Source: an uncultured Alphaproteobacteria bacterium (GTDB taxonomy: Bacteria > Pseudomonadota > Alphaproteobacteria > Reyranellales > Reyranellaceae). From it: 64,000 bases of DNA. The stretch lies in the NCBI GenBank assembly GCA_963797365.1, contig CAWCPC010000007.1, positions 48,130 through 112,129 on the forward strand. The letters run 5' to 3'. The notes under the pieces are model-generated. The model was given only the letters and a program-made list of their open reading frames with translations. It ran no database searches and was not told the origin of the DNA. Below are positions 38,616-47,891 of this stretch, one piece after another; the first letter of the stretch is position 1; each line of letters starts with the position of its first letter. The position numbers were made by a program, and so were the translations under genes.

Positions 38616-39581
38616 ATGTTCCGGATCATAGCGAGTGTTCTCCTGGCCACGGCTGTGGGCTGCTCCTTCTGCGGTTCAGCTATTGCCTGGCCGGATCGGG
38701 CGGTGCGTCTGATTCTGCCTGTCCCGGCGGGCAGTGCTGCGGATTTCACCGCCAGACTTTTTGCCGAGCGTTTGTCCGTTAGATGGGCGCAGCCCGTGGT
38801 CGTCGACAATCGCCCGGGGGCCGACGGGGTCATTGGCGTCTCTTCCTTTGTCAGCGGCCACGACGATCATACGCTGCTATTTGCGATTTCGGCGGTTGCC
38901 ACCGTTCATGTGGTTCAAAACGAAAAACTTCCGTATGACCCGATCAGGGATCTGGTGCCTATTGCTGCGGCTTCCGAGATTGTTTTGGCAATAGCCGCTT
39001 CTGACAAAAGCGGGATCCATTCGCTGGAGGATATGGTTCGGATCGCCCGGGCCGCGCCCGGCAAGCTGAACTGGGCAAGTTCACCGGGATTGCCTCCCTT
39101 CGTAATAGGCGCTTTTGCCAAAGAGGCAGGCCTGGAAATGGAGTCCGTGTTTTACCGCGATCTCTCTCCGGCGCTTCAGGATCTCGGAGAAGGCCGCCTC
39201 GACATTTTTGTTCATGCATTGAGCGTTCTGATGCCGCAGGCGCAGGCCGGTCGATTGCGGCTGCTCGCTGTTGCCAGTCGGGAACGTGCGGCGGCCATGC
39301 CCAATCTCCTAAGTGTGACCGAACTTGGGTTTCCGCAATTGGTCATGGAAGGCCTTTGCGGCTTCTTCGGATCGCGTGAAATGCCCATTGCCGTTCGCGA
39401 GCAGGTTGCTGCAGATGTCATGGCTGTCGCAAACGAACCGGCTGTCCAGGAACGGCTCGCACCCATTGGACAGACCGTTCATCCGGGCACAAGCGCGGAG
39501 TTCGCTGCCTTTTTGGCAGCTAGCCGGGAGCGTTTGATGGTTCTTGCGAGAGTATCCGGCATCCCGACGCTGCATAAATAA
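38616..39581 (+). CDS. Bug/TctC-family tripartite tricarboxylate transporter substrate-binding protein
   Basis: 321 aa with a signal peptide; WPDRAVRLILPVPAGSAADFTARL is the typical Bug N-terminus. Confidence 0.88.
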   Translation: MFRIIASVLLATAVGCSFCGSAIAWPDRAVRLILPVPAGSAADFTARLFAERLSVRWAQPVVVDNRPGADGVIGVSSFVSGHDDHTLLFAISAVATVHVVQNEKLPYDPIRDLVPIAAASEIVLAIAASDKSGIHSLEDMVRIARAAPGKLNWASSPGLPPFVIGAFAKEAGLEMESVFYRDLSPALQDLGEGRLDIFVHALSVLMPQAQAGRLRLLAVASRERAAAMPNLLSVTELGFPQLVMEGLCGFFGSREMPIAVREQVAADVMAVANEPAVQERLAPIGQTVHPGTSAEFAAFLAASRERLMVLARVSGIPTLHK

Positions 39582-39636
39582 ACTGAAGATTCGTGGAATT
39601 CGTAGTGGGTATTAGGCGCCGCCGATCGGGGATGCC

Positions 39637-40632
39637 ATGAGAAGTTCAGCACAGTACATCGTCCGGCTTGCATTCGGCTTTGCCGTCTCCCAGGCGTTGC
39701 GCGTCGTGGCAGATCTCGAAATCGCGGATCACCTGGGTGAGGACGAATGGAGCGTGGATGATCTTGCGACGAAGACGCAGTCCCATGCGGATGCTCTTTA
39801 CCGGGTCATGCGGTTGCTGGCCGCTGAGGGCCTGTTTCGCGAGACCGTGTCCCGTCGCTTCCGACTGACAGAGCAGGGTGGGGCGCTGCGTTCCGACACC
39901 GGTTCGAATCCCCGCGACCTGATCCGGATGCTAAATGAGGAGCCCTACCTTGCCTTCGCTCAGCTCGGCCATTCCGTGCGGACGGGGTTGCCGGCTTTCG
40001 ACGAGGTGTTCGGAAAGCCCAGGTTCGATTGGCTGGCCGACCATCCGGACGAAGCTGCTCTCTTCCAACGCGCGATGATCACCCTCAGCGAGGGTAGTAA
40101 CGAAGCAATCGCCGAGGCCTACGATTTTGGAGCTTTCTCTCGTGTCGTCGATGTGGGCGGCGGCCATGGGCAGCTACTATCAGCGATCCTCGGGCGCCAC
40201 GCGCACCTTTCTGGTGTCCTCTTTGACCTCCCCTCCAGCGTCGAGATGATCCGGTCAGGCGCGGGAGGCAACTTGGCCCGCACCGAATTGGTAGCGGGAA
40301 ACTTTTTCGAATCTGTCCCGCAGGGCGCTGATGTCTATGTGCTGAAGAAGGTCATCCACGATTGGAACGACGAGCAGGCGGTCGCGATCCTACGCAATTG
40401 CCGCGAGGCGATGGCGCCACATGGCAAGGTGTTGGTCGCAGAGACGATCATTCCCGCCGGCAATGAACCGAATCCGATCAAACTCATCGACGCCAATATG
40501 CTGGTCGTAACCGGTGGGAAGGAGCGCACCCAAGCCGAGTACGCGACCGTGCTCGATGCCGCGGGGCTGAGGCTGGAGCGCGTCATCCCGACTAGCCAGC
40601 CAATCTCACTTCTTGAAGCAGGCCCGGTCTAG
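39637..40632 (+). CDS. class I SAM-dependent O-methyltransferase (family 2, with dimerisation domain)
   Basis: VVDVGGGHGQLL SAM motif and VLKKVIHDWNDE motif typical of plant/bacterial-type OMTs. Confidence 0.85.
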   Translation: MRSSAQYIVRLAFGFAVSQALRVVADLEIADHLGEDEWSVDDLATKTQSHADALYRVMRLLAAEGLFRETVSRRFRLTEQGGALRSDTGSNPRDLIRMLNEEPYLAFAQLGHSVRTGLPAFDEVFGKPRFDWLADHPDEAALFQRAMITLSEGSNEAIAEAYDFGAFSRVVDVGGGHGQLLSAILGRHAHLSGVLFDLPSSVEMIRSGAGGNLARTELVAGNFFESVPQGADVYVLKKVIHDWNDEQAVAILRNCREAMAPHGKVLVAETIIPAGNEPNPIKLIDANMLVVTGGKERTQAEYATVLDAAGLRLERVIPTSQPISLLEAGPV

Positions 40633-40676
40633 GCTGGGTTAGGTCGGCAAGTGCGGCATGATCAACGCTTTCGCGC

Positions 40677-40965
40677 TCAGCGACGAGGAATGCCTTCGCC
40701 CGCGCTGCTGGGCTGAACCCGGCTGAACGCCCGTGCCGCGGCGCTGAATGACTGCACCATCGCTGCAGCGGTTGGTGATAGTGGCGCGCCAGCTCGGGAG
40801 AAGATGCCAATGGTGGGACGCGATACCTTCTCTCGGGTGCGGATGCGCTGTAGGAACGGCTCAGTGATCGGCCCTTCGAGCATCTGGCCCAGAACCAGTG
40901 CGAGGAGATCGCTGCGCGCGACAAGTGCCAGCGCGGTCGCGTAGGATTCGCAATGAACGAGTGCG
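40677..40965 (-). pseudogene. LysR-family regulator, C-terminal fragment only
   Basis: Only the substrate-binding C-terminal part is present (..SYATALALVARSDLLALV..). No HTH region; abuts the TctC fragment. Confidence 0.6.
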
Positions 40966-41331
40966 TTGGGCGGCGACAACGCGCTTTCGAACGTGCAGTC
41001 CGGACAGCTGAGAGCGCTAGCCATCACCGCTCCGAGGCGATCACCGGTACTGCCGTCCGTGCCGACAATTCGCGAGGCGGGCTATCCGGCTGCGGAAGGG
41101 GTCGAGTTCTTTGAGCTTTTTGTCCCGGCGGGGACGCCGGGAGGTCTCATCGCGCAGCTTAATGGGCAGGTCCACAATGCCCTGCAGTTGGAAGGCTTCA
41201 AGGAAGGGTTGGCCAAGCAGGGATTCGAGCCGGTTGGAAGTACGCCCGCTGAGCTCCACCAGCTTGTTGAAGCTGACATCGCCCGATGGGGCGCCATCGT
41301 AAAACAGACGGGATTCAAGCCAATCGACTAA
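40966..41331 (+). pseudogene. Bug/TctC-family binding protein, C-terminal third only
   Basis: ..QSGQLRALAITAPRRSPVLPSVPTIREAGYP.. to a normal C-terminus. The N-terminal two thirds are absent. Confidence 0.7.
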
Positions 41332-41393
41332 TGCCGGCGCTTACCGGGCTGATGGCGTTTTCTGCGCGTCAATCCAAGGGCCTGCACGATTAG

Positions 41394-41595
41394 GGCAGTG
41401 CACTTCCAGGTAGAACCTTCGCTATCCGTGAAAGGACATCGCTGGTCCTGCTGGCAGCCCGCCCATGACGATCGCGAGAGCAGGGTACTGATCATCGCAA
41501 CCGACCACTCGACAATCATGGGCGGGAGAAAAGGCCGATAATTGTCGGCGGACAGGCCTCTTGATGAGCTCAATTCGCGTTCTCTGGTGATCCGT
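41394..41595 (-). repeat. modules X-Y-Z, tRNA-proximal copy of the duplicated non-coding element
   Basis: Contains an 11-bp perfect inverted repeat (41457-41467 / 41515-41525), a hairpin plus U-tract at 41526-41548 and a 10-11-nt partial tRNA 3' end copy at 41544-41554. Confidence 0.6.
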
Positions 41596-41601
41596 TGAAG
41601 G

Positions 41602-41629
41602 CGGAAACGCCCCATTTCCGGGGCGTTTC
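41602..41629 (-). other. 11-bp perfect stem-loop 40 nt downstream of tRNA-Ser
   Basis: ggaaacgcccc-atttcc-ggggcgtttcc. No U-tract on either strand. Confidence 0.5.
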
Positions 41630-41669
41630 CAGACACTCGTATTACGAGTAAAAGTGAATACGGACTCGC

Positions 41670-41759
41670 TGGCGGACAGGGCGGGATTCGAACCCGCGGT
41701 GGCTGTTACACCACGCACGCTTTCCAAGCGTGTGCCTTAAACCACTCGGCCACCTGTCC
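41670..41759 (-). tRNA. tRNA-Ser (anticodon GGA)
   Basis: Reverse complement folds as a type II tRNA: acceptor GGACAGG/CCTGTCC, anticodon arm CACGC-TTGGAAA-GCGTG, long variable arm, T arm CGGGTTCGAATCCCG, encoded CCA. Confidence 0.95.
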
Positions 41760-41864
41760 TAAAAGCAGCGGTCGGGCGCTTTATAGCGCGACAGCGGGCG
41801 CGGGCAACGGCCTTTCCCCGGTCGTCGTGCTTGGGCTAGGCTGCGTGCCTGAGCGGGGGAGTAA

Positions 41865-42224
41865 ATGGTCCTATTTCGGGCCTTGGGTTGGCTGCTGCTG
41901 GCAATGGCCGTCGGGGCAGTCGTCTATGACGGGCTGGTCTGGTGGTCCGAAGGCGTCCTGCGCCTGTTGCCGCTCGGCGAACTGTGGTCGCGCCTCGACC
42001 TCGAGTCGATGAACCGGGCTCAGTCCGTCGTGCAGCGCCACCTGTCGGTCGGCCTGTGGAACTGGCTCGCGTTGCCGATCCTGAGGCTGCCGGCCCTGCC
42101 GATGTTCGTGATCGCGGGTACGATCTTCCTCTGGCTCGGCCGGCGCATCGGCGGCCGCGCCGAGGCGAGCTTCATCGGCTCGCGCCCGCCGCGCCGCCGG
42201 CGCCCGAGGAGCGGGCTCTCGTGA
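41865..42224 (+). CDS. hypothetical membrane protein
   Basis: 119 aa with GGGGGAG upstream, about three hydrophobic segments and an Arg-rich tail. Confidence 0.55.
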   Translation: MVLFRALGWLLLAMAVGAVVYDGLVWWSEGVLRLLPLGELWSRLDLESMNRAQSVVQRHLSVGLWNWLALPILRLPALPMFVIAGTIFLWLGRRIGGRAEASFIGSRPPRRRRPRSGLS

Positions 42225-42360
42225 AGGTCGCCCGTAGCGACTTGTCGCTGAACTTCTAATGACCAAAATAGGTCCTGGTGGCGCATGCGCTTACGATCAA
42301 GATCATGCCTGCGGTTCGATCGCCCAGCGTACCCGTTTCGATAAGAATTGTTGGGGGCTG

Positions 42361-42384
42361 CGCGGGGGACCCCCGTGGTTTTTC
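42361..42384 (+). terminator. terminator-like hairpin between convergent genes
   Basis: cgcggggg-a-cccccgtg followed by TTTTT. Confidence 0.4.
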
Positions 42385-42433
42385 CATTATTTTAAACGTT
42401 ACCGTAGAGAAACTGCCTTACCCCAGCTATGGG

Positions 42434-44236
42434 CTAGCGGCTGTCCATCTTGAGCGCGGCAATGAAGGCCGACTGAGGGATCTCGACGTCGCCGACCTGG
42501 CGCATGCGCTTCTTGCCCTTCTTCTGCTTCTCGAGAAGCTTCTTCTTGCGGCTGATGTCGCCGCCATAGCACTTGGCCAGCACGTCCTTGCGCAGCGCGC
42601 TGATCGTCTCGCGCGCCACCACCCGGCCGCCGATCGCCGCCTGGATGGCGATCTTGAACAGCTGGCGCGGGATCAGGTCCTTCAGCCGCTCGCACAGGGC
42701 GCGGCCGCGGGTCTCGGCGGCGGCCTTGTGCACGATCATGCTGAGGGCATCGACCGGCTCGGAGTTCACCAGGATGCTGAGCTTCACCAGGTCGCTCTCC
42801 TGGTAGCCCGCCATCTCGTAGTCGAAGCTGGCATAGCCGCGCGTCACCGATTTCAGCCTGTCATAAAAGTCGAACACAACCTCGTTCAGCGGCAGGCGGT
42901 AGATCGCCATGGCGCGCGTGCCGGCATAAGTGAGCTCGACCTGCTGGCCGCGCCGCTCCTGGCAGAGCGTCAGCACCGAGCCGAGATGCTCGTCCGGCGT
43001 GATGATCGTCGCCTTGATCCAGGGCTCCTGCATGGTCTCGATATGCATCGGGTCAGGATAGTCGGCCGGATTGTGCAGCTCCATCTCCGTGCCGTCGGTC
43101 ATCGTGACCTTGTAGACGACCGAGGGCGCGGTGGTGACGAGGTCGAGGTTGAACTCGCGCTCCAGCCGCTCCTGGATGATCTCGAGATGCAGGAGTCCCA
43201 GGAAGCCGCAGCGGAAGCCGAAGCCCAGCGCCGCGCTGGTCTCCGGCTCGAAATGGAACGAGGCGTCGTTCAGCCGGAGCTTGCTCAGCAATTCGCGAAG
43301 GGTCTCGAACTCGGCGGCGTCGGCCGGGAACAGGCCGCAGAACACCACCGGCACCGAGGGCTTGAAGCCGGCCAGCATCGCGGTCGCGGGCTTGCGATCG
43401 TCGGTGATGGTGTCGCCCACCTTGCAGTCGGCGATGGTCTTGATGCCGGCGATGATGAAGCCGATCTCGCCTGGGCCGAGTTCGGCCACGTCGGTCGGCT
43501 TGGGCTTGAAGACGCCCACCTTGTCGAGGTCGTAGGCCGCTGCCGCCGCCATCATGCGGATGCGCAGGCCCTTCTTCAGCACGCCGTCCTGCACGCGCAC
43601 CAGGGTCACGACGCCGAGGTACGGGTCGTACCAGCTGTCGACCAGCAGCGCCTTGAGCGGCGCGTTGCGGTCGCCCTTGGGCGGCGGCAGGCGCTTGACC
43701 ATCGCCTCCAGAAGATCGTCAATGCCGACGCCGGTTTTGGCCGAGACGCGGATCGCATCAGAGGTGTCGATGCCGATCACGTCCTCGATCTCCCTCGACA
43801 CGCGTTCGGGATCGGCCGACGGCAGGTCGATCTTGTTGAGGACCGGGATGATCTCGTGGTTGGCCTCGATCGCGTGATAGGCGTTGGCCAACGTCTGCGC
43901 CTCGACGCCCTGGCTGGCATCGACCACCAGCAGCGAGCCCTCGCAGGCGGCGAGCGAGCGGCTGACCTCGTAGGCGAAGTCGACATGGCCCGGCGTGTCC
44001 ATCAGGTTCAGCACGTAGGTCTTGCCGTCCTGGGCCGGGTAGTCGAGCCGCACGGTCTGCGCCTTGATGGTGATGCCGCGCTCGCGCTCGATGTCCATGG
44101 AATCGAGCATCTGGTCGTGGAACTCGCGCTCGGTCACCGCCCCGCAGCGCATCAGCAGCCGGTCGGCCAGCGTGCTCTTGCCATGGTCGATATGGGCGAT
44201 GATCGAGAAATTGCGGATCAACGACAGGTCGGTCAT
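42434..44236 (-). CDS. lepA: elongation factor 4
   Basis: 600 aa. [18 protein letters not shown]1 motif and full-length LepA collinearity, with the ...KKGKKRM C-terminal motif. Confidence 0.97.
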   Translation of the reverse strand: MTDLSLIRNFSIIAHIDHGKSTLADRLLMRCGAVTEREFHDQMLDSMDIERERGITIKAQTVRLDYPAQDGKTYVLNLMDTPGHVDFAYEVSRSLAACEGSLLVVDASQGVEAQTLANAYHAIEANHEIIPVLNKIDLPSADPERVSREIEDVIGIDTSDAIRVSAKTGVGIDDLLEAMVKRLPPPKGDRNAPLKALLVDSWYDPYLGVVTLVRVQDGVLKKGLRIRMMAAAAAYDLDKVGVFKPKPTDVAELGPGEIGFIIAGIKTIADCKVGDTITDDRKPATAMLAGFKPSVPVVFCGLFPADAAEFETLRELLSKLRLNDASFHFEPETSAALGFGFRCGFLGLLHLEIIQERLEREFNLDLVTTAPSVVYKVTMTDGTEMELHNPADYPDPMHIETMQEPWIKATIITPDEHLGSVLTLCQERRGQQVELTYAGTRAMAIYRLPLNEVVFDFYDRLKSVTRGYASFDYEMAGYQESDLVKLSILVNSEPVDALSMIVHKAAAETRGRALCERLKDLIPRQLFKIAIQAAIGGRVVARETISALRKDVLAKCYGGDISRKKKLLEKQKKGKKRMRQVGDVEIPQSAFIAALKMDSR

Positions 44237-44278
44237 GTCACTCGACTACTTACGTACGGACTCTGTTCAAGAACCGGT

Positions 44279-44347
44279 GTCATCCCGAGCGAAGCGAGGG
44301 ACCTTTGGCCGGTGCCGCGAAAGGTTCCTCGCTTCGCTCGGGATGAC
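44279..44347. repeat. REP-like long palindrome between pheT and lepA
   Basis: gtcatcccgagcgaagcgagg ... cctcgcttcgctcgggatgac: 21-bp perfect arms around a partly self-complementary core. Confidence 0.7.
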
Positions 44348-44371
44348 AAGGTGCGCGGGTCGGCGTCCATA

Positions 44372-46769
44372 TCAACCACGCAGCGCCGCGCCGGTTGCCT
44401 TGACGACAGCCGCGACGATCTTGTCCGACACGGCCTCGATCTCGGCGTCGGTCAGCGTACGCTCCATAGGCTGCAAAGTGACGGCGATGGCCAGCGATTT
44501 CTTGCCCTCGGGCACGCCCTTGCCGGCATAGAGGTCGAACACGCGTGCGGCCGTGATCAATGCCCTGTCGGCATTGCGCGCGGCACGCACCAGCTTCTCG
44601 GCCTCGACGCCGGCGTCGACCAGGAAGGCGAAGTCGCGCTCGACCGGCTGGAAGGCCGAGAGCACGAGCTTGGGCCGCGCTTTGGTCGGCTTGGCCTTGG
44701 GCAACGGTGGCGCGTCGAGGAAGACCTCGAAGGCGACCGCCGGCCCCTTGAGGTCGGCCTCGGCCAGGAGTTGCGGATGCAGCTCACCGAACTGCGCCAT
44801 CACCCGGTCGCCGAGCTTGATCACGCCCGAACGGCCGGGATGGTACCAATCGGGCGCGCCCGCCTGGGTGGAGAGATTGTCGGGTGCGCCGATGGCCGAC
44901 AGCACGGCGAGCGCGTCCGCCTTGGCGTCGAACGCATCGACGGCGCGGGTCGGACCTTGCCAGTTGCGCGGCACTGCCATGTTGTGGCGCACGCCCGCCG
45001 CCACGGGGCGCTGGCCTTGCGGCGTTGCGTCCTTGTAGATCGGCCCGACTTCGAACAGGGCAGGATCAGCAAGCCCGCGCGCTTCGTTGCGGGCGGCAGC
45101 CTCGATCAGGTTGGGCAGGATCGAGGGCCGCATGGTGTCGAGCGTGGCGTCGATCGAGTTCAGCAGGCGCAGGTCCTCGCCGCCGCCACCGAAGCGATCG
45201 GCCTGCTTGCGCGGCAGGAACGACCAGGTGACGACCTCGCTCAAGCCGCGCACGGCGAGCGATCGACGCGCCTGAGGTACGCGCTGCTGCTGGGGCGTGC
45301 GCACTGGCTTGGGGGTGGCCGAGAGGCGGGGCAGGGACGTCGTCGGGATGTGGTCGAAGCCGTACACGCGCGTCACTTCCTCGACCAGGTCGGCCTCGCC
45401 GATGATGTCCGGGCGCCACGACGGCACAGCCGCGGTCCATGGACCGGCGCCGCTGACGCCGAAGCCGAGCTTGGTCAGGATCTCGGCGGTCTGCCGCGCC
45501 GGCACGTCGATCGCGGTCAGCGTCTTCACCCGGTCGACGCGCAGGTCGTAGGTGCGCTCCCACTCGGGCATCACGCCGCTCTTGGTGATCTCGCTCGCCT
45601 CGCCGCCGCACAGTTCGAGAATCAGGCGGGTGGCGACATCGGTGCCCCATTCGACCGACTGCGGGTCGATGCCGCGTTCGAAGCGGTAGCGCGCGTCCGA
45701 CTGGATGCCGAGCTTGCGCCCCGTGGCGGCGACCTTGATCGGTGTGAAGTAAGCGACCTCGAGAAAGACCTCGGTCGTGTCGGCCTGCACGCCGGTGTCC
45801 TCGCCGCCCATCACGCCGCCGATGCCGTGCGCGGCCTTGGAATCGGCAATCACCGACACGCTGGGGTCGAGCGTGTAGGTCTTGCCGTCGAGCGCAAGGA
45901 TCGGCTCGCCCTCGCGCGCTTGGCGCATGACCAGATCGCCGCTGAGCTTCCTGGCGTCGAACACGTGCAGCGGCCGGTTGAGATCGAAGGTCACGAGGTT
46001 GGTGATATCGACCAGGGTCGAGATCGGCCTGAGGCCGATCGCCTTCAGACGGCGCTGCAGCCAGTCCGGCGAGGGGCCGTTCTTCAGGCCGCGAAAATGC
46101 CGGCCGACCACGATGGGGCACGGACTGTCGGGTTTGGCCTCGTAGCCGTGCGTCCACTTGATCGGGCTCGCGTAGGTGCCCTTGATGCGCTCCGCCTTGA
46201 AGGGTTTCAGCGTGCCTACGCCGGCCGCCGCAAGGTCGCGCGCGATGCCATGCACGCCCAGGCAATCGCCGCGGTTGGGCGTCACCTTGATCTCGATCAC
46301 GGGATCGTCGAGGCCGAGTGCTTCGGCCGCCGGCGCACCGGTCTTGGCGTCGGCCGGCAGGTCGATAATGCCGCTGTGGTCGTCGCCCAGCTGCAGTTCG
46401 CGGCTCGAGCACAGCATGCCGTTCGAAGTCCTCGCCGCGGATCTTGCTCGCCTTCAGATGCAGGTCGGTGCCGGGAATATAGCTGCCGGTCGGCGCGAAG
46501 ATGCCCTTCATGCCGGTGCGTGCGTTGGGCGCGCCGCACACGACCTGGACGACGCCCGAGCCGGTGTCGACCGTGCAGACGCGCAGCCGGTCGGCATTGG
46601 GATGTTGCTTGGCCTCGACGACATAACCGACCACGAAGCTCTTCAGCGTCTCGGCGGCGTTGCTGATACCCTCGACCTCGAGGCCGAGCATGGTCAGCCG
46701 CTCGCGGATCTCCTCCAGCGAGGCGGTTGTGTCGAGGTGCTCTTTGAGCCAGGAGAGCGTGAACTTCAT
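44372..46769 (-). pseudogene. pheT: phenylalanine--tRNA ligase beta subunit, reading frame broken by one extra base near 46426
   Basis: The N-terminal 114 aa ([12 protein letters not shown]...KIRGE) lie in the frame of ORF 45066..47018; the rest ([14 protein letters not shown]...) lies in ORF 44372..46417. Total length is 2398 nt = 3n+1. Confidence 0.9.
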
Positions 46770-47845
46770 CGCACGCTCTCCAGCGCCGAGAAGCCGTAAT
46801 GGCGCAGCCAGCGCAGGTCGGAGTCGAAGAAGCTCCGCAGATCGGGAATGCCGTACTTCAGCATGGCGATGCGATCGATGCCCATGCCGAAGGCGAAGCC
46901 CTGATAGACCGCGGGATCGAGGCCACAATTGGCGATCGCGCGCGGGTGCACCATGCCGCAGCCCAGGATCTCCAGCCACGAATCGCCGGCGCCGATCCTG
47001 AGTTCGCCGTCCTTCCACGAACAGCCGATATCGACCTCGGCCGACGGCTCGGTGAAGGGGAAGTAGGAGGGCCGGAACCGGATTGGCAGCTCGTCGACCT
47101 CGAAATAGGCGCGGCAGAAATCGTACAGGCAGCCCTTGAGGTGACCCATGTGCGTCGTGCGGTCGATCACCAGCCCCTCGACCTGGTGGAACATCGGCGT
47201 GTGGGTCGCATCGTTGTCGATGCGGAAGGTGCGCCCGGGCACGATGACGCGCAGCGAACCGCCCTCGGCCAGCATCTTCTGCACACCCTTGTCGAGCATG
47301 GTGCGCGCCTGCACCGGCGAGGTGTGGGTGCGCAGCACCATCGGCGTGCCGTCGGCGCGCGGCGGCAGATAGAAGGTATCCTGCATCTGCCGCGCCGGAT
47401 GATCAGGCGGGATGTTGAGCGCGGTGAAATTGTGCCAGTCGTCCTCGATGTCGGGACCTTCGGCCCAGGTGAAGCCCATCTCGCCGAAGATCGCCGCGAG
47501 CTCGTCCATCACCTGGCCGATCGGATGCAGCGTGCCGCGCCCGTCCGGCCGTACCGGCAGGCTGACATCGACTTTCTCCGATGCGAGCCTGGACGCCAGT
47601 TCCGACGCGCCAAGCGCGCTCTTGCGCGCTTCGAGGGCTGCCTCGAACTCGCCCTTGAGCTGGTTGACGCGCGCGCCGAATTCCTTGCGCTCGGCCGGCG
47701 CCAGCCCGCCCAGCGTCTTCATCAGGCCGGTGATGCTGCCCTTCTTGCCGAGCGCCGCCACGCGCGCGGCATCGAGGGCGGCCAGGTCGGCCGCCAGCTC
47801 GACGGCGCCCAGCGCCGCACTGCGTATCGTCGAAAGATCGTCCAT
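46766..47845 (-). CDS. pheS: phenylalanine--tRNA ligase alpha subunit
   Basis: ATG at 47843-47845 after GGAGCGAAGG. Class II aaRS motifs (..[18 protein letters not shown]..). Stop overlaps the pheT start. Confidence 0.95.
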   Translation of the reverse strand: MDDLSTIRSAALGAVELAADLAALDAARVAALGKKGSITGLMKTLGGLAPAERKEFGARVNQLKGEFEAALEARKSALGASELASRLASEKVDVSLPVRPDGRGTLHPIGQVMDELAAIFGEMGFTWAEGPDIEDDWHNFTALNIPPDHPARQMQDTFYLPPRADGTPMVLRTHTSPVQARTMLDKGVQKMLAEGGSLRVIVPGRTFRIDNDATHTPMFHQVEGLVIDRTTHMGHLKGCLYDFCRAYFEVDELPIRFRPSYFPFTEPSAEVDIGCSWKDGELRIGAGDSWLEILGCGMVHPRAIANCGLDPAVYQGFAFGMGIDRIAMLKYGIPDLRSFFDSDLRWLRHYGFSALESVR

Positions 47846-47860
47846 CCTTCGCTCCACACG

Positions 47861-47891
47861 AAAAGAGGGAGCCTGTGGCCCAGGCTCCCTC
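47861..47891 (-). terminator. strong intrinsic terminator/attenuator between rplT and pheS
   Basis: 11-bp perfect stem gagggagcctg/caggctccctc with a 5-nt loop, followed by TTTT on the minus strand, 16 nt before the pheS ATG. Confidence 0.65.

Noticed and set aside
41394-41660. The idea that the structured spacer next to tRNA-Ser is a two-piece alphaproteobacterial tmRNA or an SRP/6S RNA
   Set aside because: I could not find a tag-peptide reading frame ending in a typical ..A(A/L)AA stop, a tRNA-Ala-like acceptor with CCA, or the SRP domain IV motif. The T-arm-like pieces are better explained as tRNA-Ser copies. It stays an unclassified element.
46415-46435. Programmed ribosomal frameshifting in pheT
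   Set aside because: There is no slippery heptamer, no prfB-like CUU-UGA context, no stimulatory SD-like element and no precedent for pheT. A base-call error or a simple mutation is more parsimonious.
42278-46666. 1462-aa plus-strand ORF spanning lepA, the REP spacer and most of pheT
   Set aside because: It is antisense to two unmistakable housekeeping genes. Its composition is R/A/G/D/L/H-rich low complexity, typical of stop-free antisense frames in high-GC DNA. It has no recognisable domain.
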